Assembly (NCBI GenBank): GCA_964534445.1
Contig: CAZHOE010000006.1
Location: forward strand, 1,795 to 65,794
Length of the DNA: 64,000 bases
Direction: 5' to 3'
Source: an uncultured Micavibrio sp.
GTDB lineage: Bacteria; Pseudomonadota; Alphaproteobacteria; Micavibrionales; UBA2020
Shown in pieces: positions 58,714 through 64,000 of this stretch. Below the pieces are notes generated by a model. It did not search any database, had not been told where the DNA came from, and saw only the letters and a program-made list of their open reading frames with translations. The position numbers and the translations under genes were made by a program. How positions within the stretch are numbered: position 1 is the first letter of the stretch; the number at the start of each line of letters is the position of its first letter.

Positions 58714-59961
58714 TTATCCAAGAATAAATATGGCGCGAAAATCATTCACATTTGTTTGCGTCGGCCCCGTGACAAGTGAATCACCGATGGCGCCGAAAAA
58801 GCCATGGCCGTCGTTATCGGCCAGCGCTGCCGCCGCATCGCGCCCGGCCGCATGGGCACGCGATAAAGTATCGGGCGTAACGAAAGAACCCGCGATATCC
58901 GCCATACCGTCCACGCCGTCCGTATCGGCGGCGAGGGCATAAATATTTTCTGCACCGTTTAACCCGACAGCCAGCGATAAAGCATATTCCACATTGCGCC
59001 CGCCGCACCCTTTACCGGTCACCTGCACGGTTGTCTCCCCGCCCGAGAGTAAAATGCAGGGGGCTTTGAAATCCGCATGTCTTCCAGCGGCGATATTTTT
59101 TGCCAGCGCCGCATGTTCTGCGCCCAGCGTTTTTGCATCGCCCTCCAGCGCGTCTCCCAGAATATGTACGGGGATATTCTCGGCCTGCGCCAGCGCTGCC
59201 GCCGCTTGTAGCGATTTCATCGGGGCGGCGACAATATGCGTTTCAACCGTTGCGATACGCGCATCATCGGGCTTAACGCTTTCCGTCAGCCATGCAGCGC
59301 TATATTGAATTTTGTATGTATCCAAAACCGCACGCGCATCCTCCACCGTTGTCGTATCCGCAACCGTGGGGCCGGAGGCGATATGCACCGGATCATCTCC
59401 CGGCACATCGGAAATCAGCAGGTTCGTGATACGCGCGGGATGACAGGCCGCGGCAAGCCGCCCGCCCTTGATACGCGATACATGCCGGCGCACTGTATTA
59501 ATCTCCGCGATTGTCGCACCCGAGACCAATAGCGCGCGATTAACGGCCTGCTTATCGGCCAGTGTCATCCCCGCTGCGGGCAGGCACATGAGCGCCGATC
59601 CGCCGCCGGATATCAGACACAACACATAATCCTTCGCCGTCAGGGTTTCGGCCAGTTGCAACATCCGCTCTGCCGCCTGCCTGCTGCGGTCATCCGGCAC
59701 AGGGTGCGATGCCGTTATGATCTCGATTTTTCGGCAGCGCGCGGCATACCCGTCACGTGTCACGACCAGCCCTGTCAGGTCACCCTGCCAATGGGTCTCG
59801 ACCACGGCGGCCATAGCGGCAGAAGCTTTACCCGCCCCCATGACAACCAGACGTCCCCCGCCCTGCGGCAAAAACGGCGGTACAATAACCTGCGGCTGCG
59901 CCGCCGCCACGGCCGCGCGAAACATTTTTTCCAGCAGTATTTTCGGCTCTTGAACGCTCAT
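58714..59961 (-). CDS. Glycerate 2-kinase / hydroxypyruvate reductase-like (DUF4147 + MOFRL)
   Basis: LVVMGAGKASAAMA ... LLSGGETTVQVTGKGCGGRNVEYAL ... DGVDG ... GPTQTNVNDF. Start at MSVQEPK. Confidence 0.8.
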   Translation of the reverse strand: MSVQEPKILLEKMFRAAVAAAQPQVIVPPFLPQGGGRLVVMGAGKASAAMAAVVETHWQGDLTGLVVTRDGYAARCRKIEIITASHPVPDDRSRQAAERMLQLAETLTAKDYVLCLISGGGSALMCLPAAGMTLADKQAVNRALLVSGATIAEINTVRRHVSRIKGGRLAAACHPARITNLLISDVPGDDPVHIASGPTVADTTTVEDARAVLDTYKIQYSAAWLTESVKPDDARIATVETHIVAAPMKSLQAAAALAQAENIPVHILGDALEGDAKTLGAEHAALAKNIAAGRHADFKAPCILLSGGETTVQVTGKGCGGRNVEYALSLAVGLNGAENIYALAADTDGVDGMADIAGSFVTPDTLSRAHAAGRDAAAALADNDGHGFFGAIGDSLVTGPTQTNVNDFRAIFILG

Positions 59962-60051
59962 CCTGCTATGAAGCCCTGATTCATGCCTTTTCACAAGGCT
60001 TTCCCCTGCGGTATATTCAAAGAAGAACATTTAACGACGAAACGGTTTTCT

Positions 60052-61758
60052 ATGAAAAACTCTATCTGGCTGCGCCTTTTTGCTCTCCCCTTCATGGCGG
60101 TCGGCATCTGGATGCTTTACTCCGTGACCCAAACGCTGATCACCGGCGCGAACATGAAGTCATGGGAAACCATCAACGGTTATGTCGTCAGCGGCGGCTA
60201 TGAAACCATCAGCGATGATGACAGCACAACATATAAAGCCTATGGCCTTTACCAGTATGATTACAAAGGCCGCAGCTATGAAAGCACACGCATTTCAATA
60301 GACGACATGTCCGATAACATCGGTGATTTCCATCAAGAACTGGGGCGCAAACTTTCTTCTGCCGCCGGCACCAACCAACCGATTGATATCTACGTTAATC
60401 CCGATGATCCCGCGCAAGCGGTGGTTTACCGCGATATCCGCTGGGGGCTGATCGGTTTTAAAATGATCTTCCTCATTGCTTTTGGCGGTGCCGGTACGGG
60501 GTTGATGATCTTTACGTTTATGAAGTCCAAGGATGCGGATCCTTCCGCCTTTCCCGATCAGCCTTGGCTGGCCAAAAAAGACTGGGCGGATAACCAGATT
60601 GCCTCCGGCTCGAAGCTCATCATGTATTTCAGTTGGGGTTTTGCCATTTTGTGGTGCACCATTTCATCGTTTATTCCGTTTGCCATTTATGAAGAAATAC
60701 AAAAGGGCAATTATCTTATTCTGGTCGCTCTGCTCTTCCCCCTCGTCGGTATCGGGCTCATCGTCTGGGCGGTGAGGAATACGCTGCAGTGGCGTAAATT
60801 CGGGCAAAGCTATCTCGCCCTCGATCCCTTTCCCGGCAGCATCAACGGGCAGGTCGGCGGCACGATTGAACTGCATTATCCCTTTGATACGGCGCATGCC
60901 TTTGTTATCACGCTGTCGAGCATCCACAGTTATATGTCCGGCAGTGGCAAAAGCCGCAGCCGCAGGGAAAAACTCAACTGGCAGGACACCGTCGTCGCCC
61001 ATACCGAAATGGGGCTTTACGGCACACGCATTGTTTTCCGTTTCGATGTGCCGCCGGACCTGCCGCCGTCTGACGTCGATCAACCCGGCGATTCATACGA
61101 GCTCTGGCGTCTGAACGTCACCGCTGCCCTGCCCGGCGTGGATCTGGATCAGGACTACGAAATCCCCGTTTTTGCGACGGGTCAAAAATCCGGCCTCACG
61201 GGGCGAGAGATTGGCGAAGCTGCGCTCAGAACCGCGGATATGAGCCTGCAGGGCGCCAAAAACCGCATGCGCCTGATCAATGGCGCCAGCGGTACGGAAT
61301 TTTTCTTTCCCTTCGGGCGCAATATCGGCCCTGCCTGCACGGCGCTTATTTGCGGCGTTGTCTTTACAGGTGCCTGCTATTTTCTCATGCTGCATGAACA
61401 TCGCTATTTCTTTGGAGCGGTTTTCGGCCTGTTCGGTATTCCGGCGGCACTGGGCGGGATTTACATGCTCAGCAATTCACTGCATGTACAAAAGGATTCC
61501 AGCGGCAATATCGTCTCCACCCGCCGCGTTTTCGGCATCCCCACGCGCCGCCGCTACGTTTATGCCGGCGATATCCGCAACCTTGAAAAATCCAGTAACT
61601 TTGCCACACAATCCGGCAACAAGCACATCAAGCACTTCACCGTTTACGCCAAGACACCGGATGGCAAAAAAGTTGTTTTCGGCGAAGGCTTCCACGGCGA
61701 GCGTGAGGCGGAATCTGCTATCGCATTCTACAAAAACGAGCTGGGGATCAACGGGTAA
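60052..61758 (+). CDS. DUF3592-like membrane protein, unusually large (about 568 aa)
   Basis: N-terminal TM helix, then GYVVSGGYETISDDDSTTYKAYGLYQYDYKGRSYESTRISIDD...IDIYVNPDDPAQAVV, then TM helices (the DUF3592 pattern). More TM helices and a second soluble region follow. Confidence 0.6.
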   Translation: MKNSIWLRLFALPFMAVGIWMLYSVTQTLITGANMKSWETINGYVVSGGYETISDDDSTTYKAYGLYQYDYKGRSYESTRISIDDMSDNIGDFHQELGRKLSSAAGTNQPIDIYVNPDDPAQAVVYRDIRWGLIGFKMIFLIAFGGAGTGLMIFTFMKSKDADPSAFPDQPWLAKKDWADNQIASGSKLIMYFSWGFAILWCTISSFIPFAIYEEIQKGNYLILVALLFPLVGIGLIVWAVRNTLQWRKFGQSYLALDPFPGSINGQVGGTIELHYPFDTAHAFVITLSSIHSYMSGSGKSRSRREKLNWQDTVVAHTEMGLYGTRIVFRFDVPPDLPPSDVDQPGDSYELWRLNVTAALPGVDLDQDYEIPVFATGQKSGLTGREIGEAALRTADMSLQGAKNRMRLINGASGTEFFFPFGRNIGPACTALICGVVFTGACYFLMLHEHRYFFGAVFGLFGIPAALGGIYMLSNSLHVQKDSSGNIVSTRRVFGIPTRRRYVYAGDIRNLEKSSNFATQSGNKHIKHFTVYAKTPDGKKVVFGEGFHGEREAESAIAFYKNELGING

Positions 61759-61761
61759 ACA

Positions 61762-64000
61762 TCAGTCCAGAATAGGCGCCAGCCATTTTTCGGCCTCGGC
61801 TTCACTGATCTTGCGGCGCGCGGCATAATCGGCCAATTGATCGCGGCCGATCACGTTAACCCCGAAATAATAACTGTCCGGATGCGCAAAATACCAGCCG
61901 CTGACCGAAGACGCCGGCCACATGGCCAGACTTTCCGTCAGACGAATGCCGGTGTTCTTTTCCACATCCATCAGCTGCCACAGCGTTTCTTTTTGGGTAT
62001 GGTCGGGATTGGCCGGATAGCCGGGCGCAGGACGGATACCGCGGTATTCCTCCGCAAGCATACCGTCCACATTCAATTTCTCATCTGCCGCATAGCCCCA
62101 AAGATCACGGCGCACATGCGCATGCATATATTCAGCAAAAGCCTCGGCGAAGCGGTCGGCGACGGCCTTGGCCATCATGCTGTTATAGGTATCATGGGCC
62201 GCTTCATATTCGGCGACAATTGTTTCCAAACCGTCACCGGAGGTTACGGCGAAGGCACCGATATAATCGGCAACGCCGGTGTCTGCGCCCGCCACAAAAT
62301 CGGCCAGACAGTAATTGGGCTTGTTGTTATCCTTTTTCAACTGCTGGCGCAGGCCATAAACGCGGTTGATTTCTTTTGTGCGCGTCTCGTCACTGTAAAT
62401 GACAATATCCTCGCCAATGCTGGCGGCGGGGAATAATCCCGCCACGCCGCGCGGGCGGATACGCCCATCCGCGATGAAGGTGTCGATCATACGCTGCGCA
62501 TCATCGTAAATCTTTTTGGCTTCTTCCCCGATTTTCTCGTCTTCGAAAATCTTGGGGTATTTCATCATCAACCCCCAGGTATAGAAAAACGGCGACCAGT
62601 CGATATAGGGGCGCAGCTCTTCAAACCCGATATTGTCAAACACATGCAGCCCCGGCTTTTTGGGCTTTGGCGGCGTATAGGCGGTAAAATCGGGGCGATA
62701 GGCATTGGCGCGCGCCTCGGCCAGCGGGATCAATTTTTTATGCTGCCCCTTATTTGCAAAGCGTTCGCGTGCAGCGGCATATTTGGTGTTTACTTCCGTC
62801 ATATAGGCATCGCGCTGCGTATCGCTCAAAAGCGCGCTGACCACACCGACGGCGCGGGAGGCATCCGGCACGTAGACCACGGGATGATCGTAATGCGGGG
62901 CGATCTTGACCGCCGTATGAATTTCCGATGTTGTCGCGCCGCCAATCAGAAGTGGGATTTTAAAACCCTGCCGCTGCATTTCCGCGGCAACATGCGCCAT
63001 TTCCTCCAGCGAGGGGGTGATCAGGCCGGAAAGGCCGATAATATCGATATTTTCCGCTCTGGCCGTTTGCAAAATCTTTTCGCAAGGCACCATCACACCC
63101 AGATCGACGACTTCGTAGCCGTTACATTGAAAAACAATGCCTACGATATTCTTACCGATGTCATGCACGTCGCCCTTGACCGTCGCCATCAAAATCCTGC
63201 CGGCGCTGCGGGCATTGGTATCTTTTTCCGCTTCCATATAGGGCAGAAGATAGGCAACGGCGCGTTTCATCACCCGCGCCGATTTCACCACCTGCGGCAA
63301 GAACATTTTACCAGCGCCAAAGAGATCGCCGACGACATTCATACCCGCCATCAAGGGGCCTTCGATGACATCCAGCGCGCGCGTGCTGCGTTTGCGGGCT
63401 TCTTCGGTATCGGCTTCGATAAAATCGGTAATACCTTTGACCAGCGCATAGGACAGGCGCTTATCAACATCATGGCTGCGCCATTCCTCGTCAGCCTTTT
63501 CGGCGACTTTTCCGCTGTCACGGTACTTTTCCGACATTTCCAGCAAGGATTCCGTCGCATCGGGGCGGCGGTTCAAAATGACGTCTTCGACGACCTCGCG
63601 AAGCTCTGCCGGAATATCGTCATAAATGGCGAGCTGGCCTGCATTGACAATGCCCATATCCATGCCGGCCTGTGTGGCATGATACAAAAACACGGCATTC
63701 ACCGCTTCGCGCACCACGTTATTGCCGCGGAGGGCAAAGGAAACGTTCGATACGCCGCCGCTGATCAGCGCGTGCGGCAAGGTTTTTTTGATCTGGTGGG
63801 TCGCCTCGATAAAATCGACGCCGTAATTGTTATGCTCTTCAATCCCTGTCGCCACCGCGAAAATATTCGGATCAAAAATAATATCTTCCGCGGGAAAGCC
63901 CGCTTTTTCAGTCAGCAGCTTATAAGCACGCGTGCAAATGGACACTTTACGTTCAATCGTATCGGCCTGTCCTGCTTCATCAAAGGCCATCACAACCACC
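61762..64000 (-). CDS. metH: Methionine synthase (cobalamin-dependent), C-terminal about 745 codons; the 5' end lies beyond the right edge
   Basis: B12-binding [12 protein letters not shown] and a C-terminal AdoMet activation domain ([14 protein letters not shown]...[22 protein letters not shown]). Confidence 0.95.
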   Translation of the reverse strand, partial: VVVMAFDEAGQADTIERKVSICTRAYKLLTEKAGFPAEDIIFDPNIFAVATGIEEHNNYGVDFIEATHQIKKTLPHALISGGVSNVSFALRGNNVVREAVNAVFLYHATQAGMDMGIVNAGQLAIYDDIPAELREVVEDVILNRRPDATESLLEMSEKYRDSGKVAEKADEEWRSHDVDKRLSYALVKGITDFIEADTEEARKRSTRALDVIEGPLMAGMNVVGDLFGAGKMFLPQVVKSARVMKRAVAYLLPYMEAEKDTNARSAGRILMATVKGDVHDIGKNIVGIVFQCNGYEVVDLGVMVPCEKILQTARAENIDIIGLSGLITPSLEEMAHVAAEMQRQGFKIPLLIGGATTSEIHTAVKIAPHYDHPVVYVPDASRAVGVVSALLSDTQRDAYMTEVNTKYAAARERFANKGQHKKLIPLAEARANAYRPDFTAYTPPKPKKPGLHVFDNIGFEELRPYIDWSPFFYTWGLMMKYPKIFEDEKIGEEAKKIYDDAQRMIDTFIADGRIRPRGVAGLFPAASIGEDIVIYSDETRTKEINRVYGLRQQLKKDNNKPNYCLADFVAGADTGVADYIGAFAVTSGDGLETIVAEYEAAHDTYNSMMAKAVADRFAEAFAEYMHAHVRRDLWGYAADEKLNVDGMLAEEYRGIRPAPGYPANPDHTQKETLWQLMDVEKNTGIRLTESLAMWPASSVSGWYFAHPDSYYFGVNVIGRDQLADYAARRKISEAEAEKWLAPILD

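Noticed and set aside
1-64000. Scan for CRISPR arrays, IS elements or transposases, integrases, phage genes, toxin-antitoxin pairs and known defence-system genes
   Set aside because: I could find none by eye. The only tandem repeat is the in-frame kinase linker. A computational repeat or defence-finder scan could still reveal things I missed.

Overview
Core chromosomal segment of a roughly 55% GC alphaproteobacterium. That assignment rests on gene content only (hdaA, fixNOQP-GHIS-type cco cluster, DUF465, ctaCD); the species is not determinable from here. I support about 60 protein genes, 2 tRNAs, several intrinsic terminators and 2 FNR-type operators.

Left to right:
- ctaC-ctaD (aa3 oxidase)
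- the rpmH-rnpA-yidD-yidC-engB operon
- tRNA-Arg, an FKBP isomerase, an M48/PDZ protease and a DUF882 peptidase
- a tandem pair of ankyrin-like paralogs
- esterase, bPH_2 membrane protein, pfk, DUF465, a Tat-signal haloacid dehalogenase, hdaA, an AI-2E permease and a large secreted protein
- a 1194-aa hybrid histidine kinase with an acidic tandem-repeat linker
- HAD, ndk, alaS, a lytic transglycosylase, UDG family 4 and ETF-QO
- a low-GC pair of orphan membrane genes
- a lipase-like hydrolase, a TPR lipoprotein, ispE, a Sel1 protein, tRNA-Gln, a P450 and an ABC-2 exporter
- a microaerobic module: a Crp/Fnr regulator, ompW, and one tightly coupled ccoNOQP-ccoGHIS-hemN operon
- a second bPH_2 gene, a hydrolase/HAD operon, a fatty-acid desaturase, a second lipase-like paralog, glycerate kinase, a DUF3592 protein and the 3' part of metH

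I found no CRISPR array, IS element, integrase, prophage or recognisable defence system.

The most unusual items are:
1. The Fnr-family regulator has a Bacillus-type C-terminal CX2CX5C cluster and sits beside two perfect TTGAC-N4-GTCAA boxes.
2. The two ankyrin-like genes are translationally coupled.
3. A 1.1-kb low-GC orphan membrane gene pair is wedged against a hydrolase stop codon.
4. The linker between the REC and HPt domains of the hybrid kinase holds four copies of an FPDPDAEE repeat.

All family assignments come from reading motifs by eye. No database search was run.
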